Below, one piece after another: positions 47,150 through 59,339 of a stretch of 64,000 bases of DNA. Numbering within the stretch: the stretch's first letter is position 1; the number at the start of each line of letters is the position of its first letter. A model generated the notes under the pieces. The model made no database searches, was not told where the DNA came from, and saw nothing but the letters and a program-made list of their open reading frames with translations. A program made the translations under genes and the position numbers. Where the stretch lies: contig NW_021829832.1 in the NCBI RefSeq assembly GCF_006345805.1, positions 372,001 through 436,000 of the forward strand, in the 5' to 3' direction. The stretch is from Octopus sinensis (Eukaryota).

Positions 47150-49230
47150 TTACCTATAAAATCTTTCTGATTCAACTCGAAGCACCAGTTGTCCTTTCGA
47201 AATTCGGTCCTAGATTTATGCATCAATATCTTCTTTTCTTTTATTCGAATCATATCTTGTATGGCCAATCTAATTCTCACCAGTTCCCCCTTTTTCGATT
47301 TCTTATATCAATACGCACAGAGAGTGTCAAATAGCACCTTCTTGTCGCATTAGGTAATTCTTGTTTCGCATAGAGATTGAAAAGTTTTAATCTGGCCTGC
47401 AAGTTAAATACTTCCTTGTGGATTTTCTCCTTCCAGTCAGAGCCAGTTCTTGTTCCTTTTGAAAGTTCCATATATGCACACTGCGCAGCAAAAATTATAT
47501 CAGATATATCATTGATATTTTGCGGAGGAGCGGTTTGAGTGAGATGAAATATTGCCGAATTTAGACAATTAAGTATTTCCCCTTTTATATATTTTCGTAG
47601 TAGCTTGGGTGTGGGCACTCGGGCTTCTCTCGGCACCTCCTTGATTCTCTCCAATTAAACTTTAACTCACCAAGACACTTCCCGAACATAGATACATCAA
47701 TCTTCGAAAATATAGATTGGTCAACTTCTTCAACTTCAGCTCTTTTGTCAAACTTCCGGGGCTTCAGCATTGATTTGACTGACCAACACTCAGATCTTTA
47801 GAGGGTACTGTTGCATTTCATCCTGCACAAAAATAGCCTCTAAATGAATTAATGAAAATTTTTATGAATACTAGATCGAAATTTAAAAAATTGAACTATG
47901 CCGAATTTGTAAATTTTATTCTAATTTTTTTTGAAAAAAATTTGAATTTTTTACCGGCTTAGTGGTGTCAAAACAATACCGACAAAATTAAATCTGAGGT
48001 ATTAACGACCACCTGTCTAAAAAGACACAGTTGTTGGTTAATAAAGATGCTTATCATCATTCCCTCAGTGAAAAAATCTTTATTACAACAAAAAAGGTCA
48101 GCTGGTAGTACGAAGCGTGATATTCTGGGGACAAAGTTTGACGAGGCATCTATTAGCTCATCGAAGAGTTGTCTAAATGGCTCACTTGCCTTCTCCATAA
48201 AAATTCTATAAATGTATTAGGAGTATTAATACCTGCAAAATATGCACCCATGAAGTGACGCGGGGTCCCACTTTGTCTCTTATTGCGCCATTTTGCGCAC
48301 CCCCACATTCTATATTTCATAATTATTATCTGAACCTCTCAACATTCTGTGTATGTGCACCTGTGCTCGGATCTACAAAATTTCGTCTGCAAATTTATAA
48401 ACGAATTATGGCCAACTTGTGATTAACTGTAAGGTTCTCTTATACCGTTTCTAATAGAAATATATGTTCGACACCCACTTTTATAGCACACCCATGTTGT
48501 ATTTTCCTGCTGTTGGAGAAGAGTCATAAAATGTCTGTTTTGACATTTTTTTTCTTTGGGAAAGATTCCAACCTCTTGAAGAAAAGCAACTGACTCCATT
48601 TCAGTACGGGGAAGTTCATAGTCCTTCAGTTTTGCAAATTTTCGCATGACAACTGTATCATTCATCTCCACAAGCCGGTAAAAAATTCAAATTTTTCAAA
48701 AAAAATTAGAATAAAATTTACAAATTCGGCATAGTTCAATTTTTTTAATTTTCGATCTAGTATTCATAAAAATTTGCATTAATTCATTTAGAGGCTATTT
48801 TTGTGCAGGATGAAATGCAACAGTACCCTTTAGAGAATTTGGAGTTGAACTTCCTAACGATAGCTTTCCACCCGCCTCTTGGGATCCTGCAACCGTTGCT
48901 TTGTGACTCGCACAATTTCGGACACCCATGCACTTTCAGAGGAGCAATGGCTTCACTTATGATCGCGTTGAGGGAGTGCAGGTTTGTTGGCATATTCCCA
49001 GAACCTGCAGGATCACGAAAAGTTTCTCTTGTGGCTTCGTCCAGCCCTAGAGCCAGTTGTCCTGCCCCCGCCAAATCACTTTTGTTTAAATCTCCAGCAG
49101 GAAGGCCCGTAGGATTTGCTCTCTTGATACAGTAGAAACAGACATGCACAACACCACAAGAAGAAAAATTAACAAATACTGAGATATACGAAATCTTTTT
49201 AGGCAACAAACAGCCTTTTAGAAACACAAT
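47150..49230 (-). mobile_element. 5' half of an R4-like element (no RT), interrupted by Merlin
   Basis: PTGLPA...TNLHSLNAII...RIPRGGWKAIVRKFNSKFSK | ...NCLNSAIFHLTQTAPPQNINDISDIIFAAQCAY...FRKDNWCFELNQ is collinear with the intact ORF. Confidence 0.85.
47804..48827 (-). mobile_element. Merlin (IS1016/ISXO2-like) DNA transposon, internally deleted, ~157-bp TIRs, 8-bp TSD
   Basis: TIRs 47804-47960 and 48672-48827 start GGTACTG; TSD CTTTAGAG at 47796-47803 and 48828-48835. Zn ribbon KKCQNRH...WVCYKSGCRTYISIRNG; spliced C-terminus TVNHKRNFVDPSTGAHTQNVERMWG...YFAEFLWRR. Confidence 0.92.
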
Positions 49231-49279
49231 CTATTTATATTTCTGCAACAAAAACTAGTTTCTATATCAGTTATAAAAT

Positions 49280-49470
49280 TTCAAAATGCAAGAAACCTTT
49301 TTTTGATGGGGAATTTGTAATAGCTTTGGACGAGAGCAACGATTGTTAAGACATTGCACAACTTGTAATATTTATACGCAAGGTAAAATCTGATTTTAGA
49401 ATTTTGGAAAAGTTTTATCTGTCGCACTTTTAAAAGATACAACTACAGAAAAGATCTGTAAATGTGTAAT
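49280..49470 (+). mobile_element. hAT (Charlie-like) transposase internal fragment
   Basis: FVIALDESNDC*DIAQLVIFIRKVKSDF...LKDTTT resembles the Charlie/GTF2IRD2-type motif IALDESTDVSDTAQLAIFIR. Confidence 0.65.
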
Positions 49471-49489
49471 AAAGAAAAAATTTTTGGGA

Positions 49490-51850
49490 AGTGTGACGTG
49501 TATGTCTGTTTTCACCAGTCTGCAAACATATCCTGAGGGCCTTCCTACGCAAATACAAATAATAATAATCAATCAGAAGTTGGAAGCGTGTCTTCAGGGC
49601 TGCATGGAACGCCTGAAAATTGCAATGATCCTTATATTGAACCTTCACGAACGCATCTGCTCCCCCTAAAATCATTGATAACTGAACACACTCTAACGAC
49701 AAATTGGAGTGGATATCTTCTGTTGTTGACTCGGCTAAGCGGAGATTTGGAAGAATCCCTCGTGGTGGATGGAACCTCATTGTACATAATTTCAATACCT
49801 GTTTTCTTGTTCAGAAAGTGCCTCCGATGTTAAAAATTATTGAAAGTGAAACCCCATAGTGAGACTTGTGGTAATCAAAATGATGTGGGTGTAACAGAAA
49901 ACGGAAATTCACTGTCAAAAACAGAAATTTCTTTATATGGAAAATGTAAAGAAGAATTTAATTTCCAAATTAAGAGAGTTGTATCAATATCAAGGGATTC
50001 TAGAAAACCTACCAAGAAGATTCCATATAATTGGTTAAGAAAGACATTCTGGTTGCTTTGGATGCAGTGATTTCAAATTATGTATTGACTTGTCCTCCAA
50101 AGGATATAAACGAAATCATGGATATTATTTATGCAGGACAATGTGCATACGAAAATTGGTTCTTAAAAATAAAATAGAGAACCTCACTCTTATTGCTAAT
50201 TTCTCCAGTCTGAAATCCAAAAGTGAAAAGGATACGGCCCTGGACTTATGTGCTCCTTTGGATGGATAAGAAGTCGAGAAAGGGAGAAATCACCAGAATA
50301 TGTACGTTAATTGAAGATAGAATAAAAATCATGGAAAAAAGGATTTCGATTTATGAGTCACGAAAATCATTTAGAAGAGACAATTTTTGTTTTGAACTCA
50401 ACAGAAAGAGGTTTTACCGAAACCTGAATGCTGGAGAAGATAATAAATATACGTTGCCGGAAGGTGAATGTTTGTCATTTTGGGAGAAGATATGGAAAAA
50501 AGATGAGAATCATATTGCTACTGATGTTGTTGGAAAACGCATAACTGGCGTAGAACAATCCCCAGTTGACATCAAACCAGAATTTATCAAAAGTATTATT
50601 AACTACGCGCCAAACTGGAAGACTTCTGGATGCGATGGAGTATACTGCTTTTTTATTAAGAAGTTTGAATCCCTCCATAATTATTTATGTGATGAAATTT
50701 TGAAGATTATTAATGGAGATTACTGTCCTGGTTAGTGGTTTTACACTGGGGTTACATTTCTCATCCCAAAAAAAGCTTGTTGTGAATCACCTAATGACTT
50801 GCGTCCGATTACATGCATGCCTATACTATACAAACTTGTTATAAAATGTGTCAACACTAAACTTACAGACTACATTGAAGCTTTTGGCCTTGTTTCGGAT
50901 AACCAACTGGGAGCTAGAAGACATTGCCAGGGTGCAAAAGAACAGGCTTTAATAAACCAGTGCATTAACAATCACTATGGAAATAACTTATTTGCGACAT
51001 GGATTGATATAAACAAAGCATTTGATTCTGTTAACCATGAATTTTTATCGCTGGTTTGATTATTCTGGACTCCCTGAGTGGATTGTGAAGTTTATTAAAA
51101 GTTTGATAAGTAAATGGAAAGTGATTCTGAATCTCAATGTAAATAGAATTGGAACAGTGAAATTAGAAAAAGGAATTCTTCAAGGAGATTCACTATCTCC
51201 CAACTTTTTACGCTGGTAATGGATCCGTTGAACAGGATACTAAATCACAAGTTTCCTAAAATCTGTATTGACCATAATGACCCGTCTCAAATAACATACT
51301 CAACTAATCATCTGCTATTTATTGATGATTTGAAAATACTTGCTGAGAAAGAAGATACGATCTTGAGGATGATGGAAAGTATTGATGAATACTTCAGTGT
51401 TGTTGGTCTCAGGAGGAATTCTGAAAAATCTGCAACCAATCTGAATTATGTTAAAGAAACTAGAAGCCTTGACGGATATGATGGATATCGATATCTGGGA
51501 GTTCTGGAGGATAAAGGAAGCAATGTATTGAAGCATGAAGTTATGAAAAAAATTGCAGAAAATGTAAAGAAGAGAATTGAAAGCTTAGTGAACACGAAGC
51601 TAAATGCAGTGAATCTATTCAAGGCGATTAATGAATCTTGTCTATCACTTTACAATTACTATATTGGAATAATTGACATTGAGCCACACGAGTTTCAAGC
51701 CATTGATACCGAAGTTCGAAGGATTCTATTAATTTACAATTCATCTGAAAAACTGCAAATAAAGAAAGATATTATAAGCAGATCTAACTTTGGAAGAGGA
51801 CTTAATTCAATTGTCATAAAAGGAATGCATGTTATATCTATTTTTAATCT
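49490..51850 (+). mobile_element. Frameshifted R4-like copy (N-terminus to post-RT; REL missing)
   Basis: PEGLP, FRRDNFCFELNRKRFYRNL, LRPITCMPILYK, GILQGDSLSP, LFIDDLK, YRYLGVLEDKG, with multiple frameshifts. Confidence 0.85.
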
Positions 51851-52105
51851 TTTTATGTATGACTTATTGGACTTGGCCATAATAAAGGAGACTATCCTGA
51901 CTTGTGGATCGGCTTCACCAAATGAGATTGTATTTGTAAAGTTGTACTTCGAACTGCGTAAAAATTCATTAGAATGTAATCCAAACTTTCCAAAGTATTA
52001 TAGTGCTAATAAGAAAAATCTAATTTTACTTTATAAATTATATTATTAAACAAATATTTTTGAGGAAGATAAATAAAATAAATTGTCCGTCCACACGTTC
52101 TTGTT

Positions 52106-55100
52106 ATGGTAATGAAGAATGTACTTGAATCAACCCAAATTTCTGACGTTTCTGTTAATTTGGACAAATCTGCCAATTCAGAGATAAATCGTAGTGTACA
52201 AATTCGTAAAAATATATTTTATGATACAGCTGACCAATCAGGTTTCCCTTAAAACTCGATATTTTAGTAAATACAATTATTTCTGGCTATGACGAGGAAT
52301 ACACTTTGGCCTATGAAGGAGTATCTGTAGTAGAAGACTTCAGATTAGAATCTTTTATGTCAATTCCCGAAGAAATTGCCTCAAAAACACGTATAAATCA
52401 CACAATTAGTTATCAAAGGAGAAGGAAGTCATCGTCTTTTCGGGTTTATTACGAATATTCGTCGTGCCTACGCTATTTCGGACTGCAATCTGTATATCTG
52501 GGACTACTCAACTGGGTAAACTAATATTGTTCACAAAAAGTCGAAATATCGTCCTTATTCGTGAAGAAAATGCAATTTTGGTTGTTTCCGGATTTTTTCC
52601 TCTTTCGGGTTTTTCCATTAAAATTGATTTTAGACATGTTTGGAGGGCAGTATTGCTTAGTTGTGGGGACGACCAGATCTGTGAAGCTTATTCCTGTCAA
52701 ATTTGAACAATCCGACCAGAGATCTCAGTTTAATTCGATGAGCCTGTGTCCCTCTGCCAATAGTCGGGGCTGCAATCTTAGCTTTTCGACATTCAGTTGC
52801 ATAAAGTGCACTTTTGACGGGAGAATCTATATTGCTGACAGAGCTGGGATTCTCTATCAGGTGGTCTACACTGTATTCACTCGTTGGGCTAATTTAAAGG
52901 GAAATTCTAGTTTTTATTCCAGTCTGACCGGATCTAATTCCATTTCCTTGGTTCCCATTTCTGCTTCCAGACTTAGTTCATATATTTTTAGTGCAATTCC
53001 CTTCCTTGCCTCCCCACTCGGTGTGTTTGTTGATTTACTGATTGTTTGTTAGATTGTGCTGTGGAGTTGTGTGTTGACAGTACTCGGGATGTCCTTTACA
53101 TGCTTCATGAATCTGGGGATATTCAGATTTTTGATATTTCTGGGAATGTGTCGCAGGTGAACAGCATCGAGGCCATTTTCTATCTGAAAGAACTTAAAAA
53201 ATTGGGGTTTAACAAACAAATGTGACTTTAAGATTGGAGAATGTGGAGGGTCTAGGTAGGGTCGCCAAAATCGAAGTGATGAATAAGTTTGAATCGGAAA
53301 ATCTAAATCTTGTGGCCATCACAGTCATCGGTCTCATTCAATATTCTTCATGTTTTAGGAATCAGACTATTTTTTCAAGTCCTGACTATTTCTGAAAAAG
53401 GGAAAAGATCGTTTTCGACATACAGACTGTGCCATATCCGAATCCCGCCCGGATTCACCAACAATCAGCAGACCATCAATTTCTGTTGTCATTATAGAGG
53501 TAGGACTGCTTTATATTCCCAGGCTGCTTTGTAATGAGCGGAGTCGACCAAGATCACTCCTCTCCGCTGCTTTGGACACTTTTCTCTGAGGAGAACTACA
53601 ACAGTCTTATTATAAACGAACGATTGGTTAATTTTTGTAATTTACTCAAGTGGATTCTTTCCGATGTGGGACAAGTGTTGGGATTAAGGCATTTAAAGCC
53701 TGTCCCGTATGTAAACTGTGACTTGCTGGATAATATCTCCAATTATGATTTCTTTTCTTCTTCTCGACTGCTCGTGCTGACCACCAATGTTAGTCCTCTC
53801 ATTTAGTGTTAGGGAATTGTCACATTGAAGCACATGAAACCGCAGGACAAGCTTGAGTCACTACTCGAAAATGTCGGCAGTTTTTTCGTTGGATTTTCAT
53901 TTTTTTCTTCAAAATTTAAAGTTGTCTGTCATTAATTAGCAAGGCTGATCAAATAGTGGGGATGTGCATGTCTGTGGCAGCCAATGCTGCTGTGACCAAT
54001 CCACATGTTTGTATTTGTTCTCACTAGTCCTTAGTTACAAGAGAATGCATTCAGAATGATCAAACTGCTTACTTCGCGGAAGGTGGAACGTGTCAATTCA
54101 GAATTTCAAGGTATTTTATGGAATTACGTGTTAGATGAGGTGTTGGAGGACGCGAATTACTCGTTTGTGAGTGGTCTGCCCGCGGATTATTCGAATATAA
54201 CTCTGTTCAAGGCGGTCTCCCTCTGGATGTCGCAGTTTATAGGGTGAGTATATAGGTGGATGTATTCAAGGCCAATATTCTCTCGTAAAGTGGCCAAGAC
54301 AGTGCATGATGCTAGTCTGAGTAAGTTCAGAGATCAGTGGAGGACTCGTTCTGGTCGGATTGTGGCTACAATTGGCAAGTTCTTTAGTCGGAATATTGTG
54401 GGGGATCCTTCAGATCTGGATGGCTCATATGTAATCCTCATTTCTAATTCTTTTAAGCTTGAAAGCCTTTTCGAGTTTTCAGAAATTTTGTGGATTCGTT
54501 CAAAAATCAGTTCAATGCTCAATTTTTGTGAGAGTAGAGTAGAACCACTCATGAAGACTTTTTTGTAATTTTTTTGAATTAGTCATTATGTAGGGAACAT
54601 CACGAGTCCTCACCTCGTCGATCCAGTTTGTCTATGATTTATATGCTTGTAGCATTCGAAGAAGCCTACGCTCACTATCTGACACTAAAAGATTTTTTAT
54701 TTCGTACGTCAGAAATACTGGGATTGTGGCTGGTGGTTTGTCAAGAGGGAATAGCCCTGGTTACTGCCTTCCTGCCGAACGTATATTCAGATTGTATATA
54801 ATATAGAACATTAAAACGTTTCTGAATTGTGCCACGACAAAGGCGTTGGTGATCGAAGGAAATGAGGTATTTGTTGGTTTGAGGACTTTTAGGCGGTCCA
54901 GCATTTGTTGAGAATGCTTGTGACCTATCGAATGGATTGTAGTGGGGATATAAAACAGTTGAATGACAGACTGAGCCAATGTTGCCCCGCACTACACAAT
55001 TCTAACAACGCTCTGTGTCTTCAGGTTGATTATTGAGATATTTGATTGGGCAGGGTGTCTACAAATTGGCTCAGGCGCGGAACTCCGCTGATCTGAGTAA

Positions 55101-56819
55101 AAGCATTCGTTTGTTGAGGACGCATTTGCTATTCTGCATGAGGCGGCTGCCGGAGTAGATGTCAGTCTCGTCTGTCAGTACATTTACGAGATGAGACTAT
55201 TTGACCGTGCTGTGCCCCTGTGTCTCAGAGTTGGGAGAGCGATTGATGTGGAGGATGTGGCATATGATTGTCTTGTGGTCGGTCAGATCAAGCTGTCTTC
55301 TAAAATACAGAATATTGTGGATAGAAGGTGATGTTTTGGCATTATTCGACAGAATGAGTTGCTATCAGAATTTAATCACGTTACTGAAACGAATTACTTC
55401 TGACTACGAGCAGTCGGCATCAAATATCTCGCCAATTACTCCAGAAGAGTCTCGAGTGATTGTATTTGCTATGATTCTTAACTTTAGTTTGATAAAATGA
55501 TGCAGCAAATACTAACATCGACTGATAAAGTGATGCTATTTGCTGTTTACGACTGGTTGTCGTCAGTAAAGTCATTTGATCTGCTCATAAGTGTTGGTGT
55601 TCTTGTTCATTCGAAGGTTGAAAATAATTTTGTTGGAGAATATCTGATAACAAGATATCAAGAAAATGGCGAATTGGCTCCAGTACTTGTCCGATATTAC
55701 GAACAGACCAAACAGTTGTTCAACGCGGCTTTGATTTTGTTTGAAATGGCCGACCGAAATGAGTTGGATTTGTTTGTTCAGGTTTTTTAGTCAGGAAATC
55801 GAGTTGTCTAATCGTATGGATATGTTGTATCGTGCTGTGGTATGTGCCAAGAGTTCTCCGGATACTTCCAAGTTTGATTTGTTGAGTCGTTTGGAGGACA
55901 AATTGGCCGTAAAATATATTTTTGAATTTGTTAGTTGGGACGGGCACAAGAAATTGTCCTTAAAGAGTTGCAGAAAGGAGCCGGGAATACGAGCGATGTT
56001 ATGTCGGCAATAGAAAGTCTGACCTGGTTATTTGTGGAGGACGGTGACGAGGTGATTTGTTTAAATGAGGTTTTTTAGTTGTATGAAAAGTTCATCATTC
56101 CATTTGGACTTGATGAGTGTCAGTTGACGGTTATGAGAGCCCTGGGAATATTCGACGAAGAACAAATAATGGCATCCTGGCAGAACATAATTGAGAATGG
56201 TAGGAATGCTACATGTCATATATAGTCTACAAACGACTTGAATCGTCGGGAGACACCGATGAGAATGAAATTCAGGCTTTTTTGGTGGAGTTGGGATTGA
56301 CGCTGATTCCGGATCTGAAGTATATTCCAATCGGTGGCAATTCTATGTCACAATATGTTCCAGGGTTTATATGTGAATTGCTGGAAATCCTGGCGTTTTC
56401 ATTTTCTTTTCGGTCTTGTTGGACAGTTGAGGCATTTTTTAAGATCGGAGTGCCGTTTAATGTTTTGGTTGATAGTTACTTTACGCTGATTGTAAACAAG
56501 GTTTTATTTTTGGTTAATGCTTAGAATCCGTTTATACCTTCTCGGCCTTCGGGGTGTCACCGTTTGTTGGCTGCCTTTGCCTATATTCTTAAAAGATTTG
56601 TGGAAGTTCCTGAAATAGTTCTTAATGACCGTACAATGTTAGTGTGTCTGATTTATTCGTGTATTTAGCGACGAATTCGTTAATTGTGTTTGTGGAAAAA
56701 TTACGGAAATTGTTGCGTTTGTTGATAAAATGTTTTCTACTCAGACTGAAGAGTTGAACAACATGGTTGGTCTTCTTTTCCAGATTGGATGTGAAATTGA
56801 AACTCTTAAATTAAAATGA
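52106..56819 (+). CDS. NUP155: Nuclear pore complex protein Nup155, many mini-introns
   Basis: FGFITNIRRAYAISDCNLYIWDYSTG, FSCIKCTFDGRIYIAD.AGILYQVVY, HIRIPPGF, EEAYAHYL, FAVYDWL, LARYY-like LVRYYEQTK, RMDMLYRAVVCAKS, LEDKL, WQNII. Confidence 0.85.
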
Positions 56820-57070
56820 TATTTTCTTTTTTATTTTTTTGAGTATTTGGAATTTTTATTCAACCCGGATAATAAATTGTACTGATAGATTTATGTACAA
56901 TGTGTAAGATGTATTGACAATTGAAACACTTATTTTTTATTGTTGGCATAAACCCAATAAACTATTTTTAATGTGTATTTTGATTTATATAAAATGCGAC
57001 AAGCGGTATACTTCATTGTTAATTAGAAAGTAATTGTTATATTATTAGTGTAGACTTGAAAAATAACAAT

Positions 57071-57683
57071 CTAATCGGTCAAATTATTTAACTGTTCTTG
57101 AATTTTTTCGATCTACACAAATATTTAAAAAAAATACCGAATCATAGAAACTACATATTTCGTCATATCCAAGTGCGACCTGAAAACTATCCTCATTCTA
57201 GAAAATCAAAATCACAAAATACCTCCAGATTAAACTCAAAAACACAGTCCATATGTCGACAACGTCCTTCAATGTCATTTCCAAGTTGTGAAGAAAGTTT
57301 GTAACTCAAGCTTGTAAGCTATGGCTCATAATTACATCCCAACGCTGTAATCTGAGGTGGTGCTGAGATCAAGTGCACCTTCGACTAGACGTTCTCTGTT
57401 AGAGTCCCAAAACGCTGCAAGAATGTTTGCCTAAAATGAGGATATAATTTATTACTTTATTTTCATCCAAACCAGCATTAGTTGCTTGATTTTTTAACCG
57501 GACAGTTTTGACGTTTCCGTGGACAGCCTACGAGTAAATACATTTTGTAGTCAACGAATTTAAGAAGTTTCTGTATGTCTTCCATGTTTTTGTCGGGTTT
57601 TTCGAGCTTAGAATCCAATTCCTTGAGTATAATCAACATTTGCCAATTACGTTTAACGAATTCAAAAAATCAGAGTCATTCAT
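57071..57683 (-). CDS. COMMD10: COMM-domain protein, COMMD10-like
   Basis: Spliced AVHGN...AGLDENKANILAAFWDSNR...LTSLSYKL...YDEICSFYDSIEKIQEQLNNLTD* resembles COMMD10 C-terminus [20 protein letters not shown]. Confidence 0.62.
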
Positions 57684-57796
57684 TTCATTTACAGTAGAGC
57701 ACGAACACATCAAATTTAAATTAATTAAAGTATATTTAAAAACCTATCAAAAAATTGAAAAATCACGTGCAAAAATTAAAATAAAACTCATTAAAA

Positions 57797-58372
57797 CTAG
57801 CAATAATTTTTCCTGGGAAATCGAATTATATTCAACTTTTCTGTATCAAAAAAGACATTAAATTTCTTCCATTTGTAATGTTCTCCCCCTGACGGAGAAA
57901 TGAACGATGATTCATTCGGCATTAAAAACCCAAACAAGCCTTTAAAATTAAAAGAATAGCAAAACCAGCCAACTTTGCCTGTCGAATCAACTCAATGAGC
58001 CGTACATGCTGCTTTACGCACAGTCCCGTAGTTCCTCGAGGAAGAATTAATCCGTCCTTATCCATAAACTGTCTTAAAACCAAGACGTCCTGTTGTCATA
58101 AATGGTGTATTAACGTGGTATTTTAACGTCATATTAGTACGGCAGAGAGGGCATGCTTTGTATTTATTGTCGACTTGTATAATTTTGTCGGAATCCTCTC
58201 GTTTTATATATTTTGCTTCAATCTAAAGTTTATAATCGTGGAGAAGTGAGACGTGGGTTGTGTCATCTACAGTCCTTCGAATGACTGTTAAAGTTATAGT
58301 AAACAGTTTACTTTCTTTTCTGTAATGGACGTATCTTTGAAGACAGTGAACGATCCTCACATTACGCCACAT
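57797..58372 (-). CDS. MRPS18A: Mitochondrial ribosomal protein S18 family (MRPS18A/mL66-like)
   Basis: CPLCRTNMTLKYH|DVLVLRQFMDKDGLILPRGTTGLCVKQHVRLIELIRQAKLAGL. Confidence 0.75.
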
Positions 58373-58434
58373 GAATAATTTTTAATTTAAATTATCAACT
58401 AGTAAATGTTATATTAATTTGGTGAAGTAACGAA

Positions 58435-58626
58435 ATGTGGATACCACAATACGCTCCTCGACTGTTTTCAAACACAACCCGGAATGTCGTCACGATAAGG
58501 TCACCAGGAGATTATTATCGTGAAGGAACCCTGACTTCATTCCAAACAAGCTATGTATGATGCACCTGTCATTCCTTGTGTGATAAGGACGATAAGGTCA
58601 CCAGGAGATTATTATCGTGAAGGAAC
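58435..58626 (+). mobile_element. R4-like REL micro-fragment with a partial tandem duplication (38-bp direct repeat)
   Basis: VDTTIRSSTVFKHN..HDKVTR, RNPDFIPNKLCMMH, VIPCVI. ACGATAAGGTCACCAGGAGATTATTATCGTGAAGGAAC occurs at 58492-58529 and 58589-58626. Similar to 12850-12915. Confidence 0.6.
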
Positions 58627-58860
58627 ACAGAAAGTCTCAACGGCAATTGCCCAAAAGCGATCGCACAAATCCTCGTATTTCGTCAGTTTCGTAGATTCGG
58701 TCTTCTCGGCCGACAAACCGGGTCGACAAGCAGTGGAATTCAAGGCTCCCCTGGCTAAAGACTCCGCACAGTTTACGTCCCAAACAAGCTGCTTCCCGGA
58801 TTCAAAAGCGTACAGCAATCGAGACCCGTCGGTTTTGAGAAATGTCTGTTTCGTTCGGTC
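58627..58860 (-). mobile_element. CRE-like REL fragment
   Basis: TDGSRLLYAFESGKQLVWDVNCAESL...AEKTESTKLTKYEDL..FWAIAVETF. Confidence 0.7.
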
Positions 58861-58879
58861 TCTAAATTAAATTTAACAC

Positions 58880-59253
58880 AACAATGAACATTTTAAAAAT
58901 GAAAGTTGGTTTAAGGAAACCGAAAACATTCACGAATTAATAGGAAAATATTAGTTTATTTGAATGTCAGAAGCTTATTTATTATCCTTCCCAAAAAAGA
59001 TTGGAAGCAGTACTACTAACAATAGGGAATGCAACTCAATATCAATTTGATTTCGTTCTATGATTTTTTCCCTTCAATAAATTGACTTTTACAAAAAAAT
59101 CGTTAATTATTGGAGTATAAATAACTCGAGTTTGAACAATTAACCTAAAAAATCTTATACTTTTTTAAACTACAGTATTTAATATCATTTTTGAGGAGAA
59201 TTATTAAATTTAGTCAAAATATGCAAGCGTTCCATGATTTTTTTACCCCACTG
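58880..59253 (+). mobile_element. Tc1/mariner 3' fragment with right TIR
   Basis: ECQKLI..SQKRLEAVLLTIGNATQY (cf. Tc1 SMPKRLEAVIKAKGGATKY); ends TTTTTTACCCCACTG followed by TA. Confidence 0.65.
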
Positions 59254-59339
59254 TATATTTCAAAATATCTAAATAAATACGTTCTAATTTCTCGATTTAT
59301 ATATTGGAGCCATTTGAATAAAACACATTTAATGATTAC

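Noticed and set aside
58492-58626. CRISPR-like repeat-spacer-repeat: a 38-bp repeat with a hairpin (ACGATAA...TTATCGT) flanking a 59-bp TE-derived spacer
   Set aside because: There are only two copies and no cas genes. The repeat itself translates as part of the same R4-like REL fragment (HDKVTR/EIIIV), so it is a partial tandem duplication with a 97-bp period.
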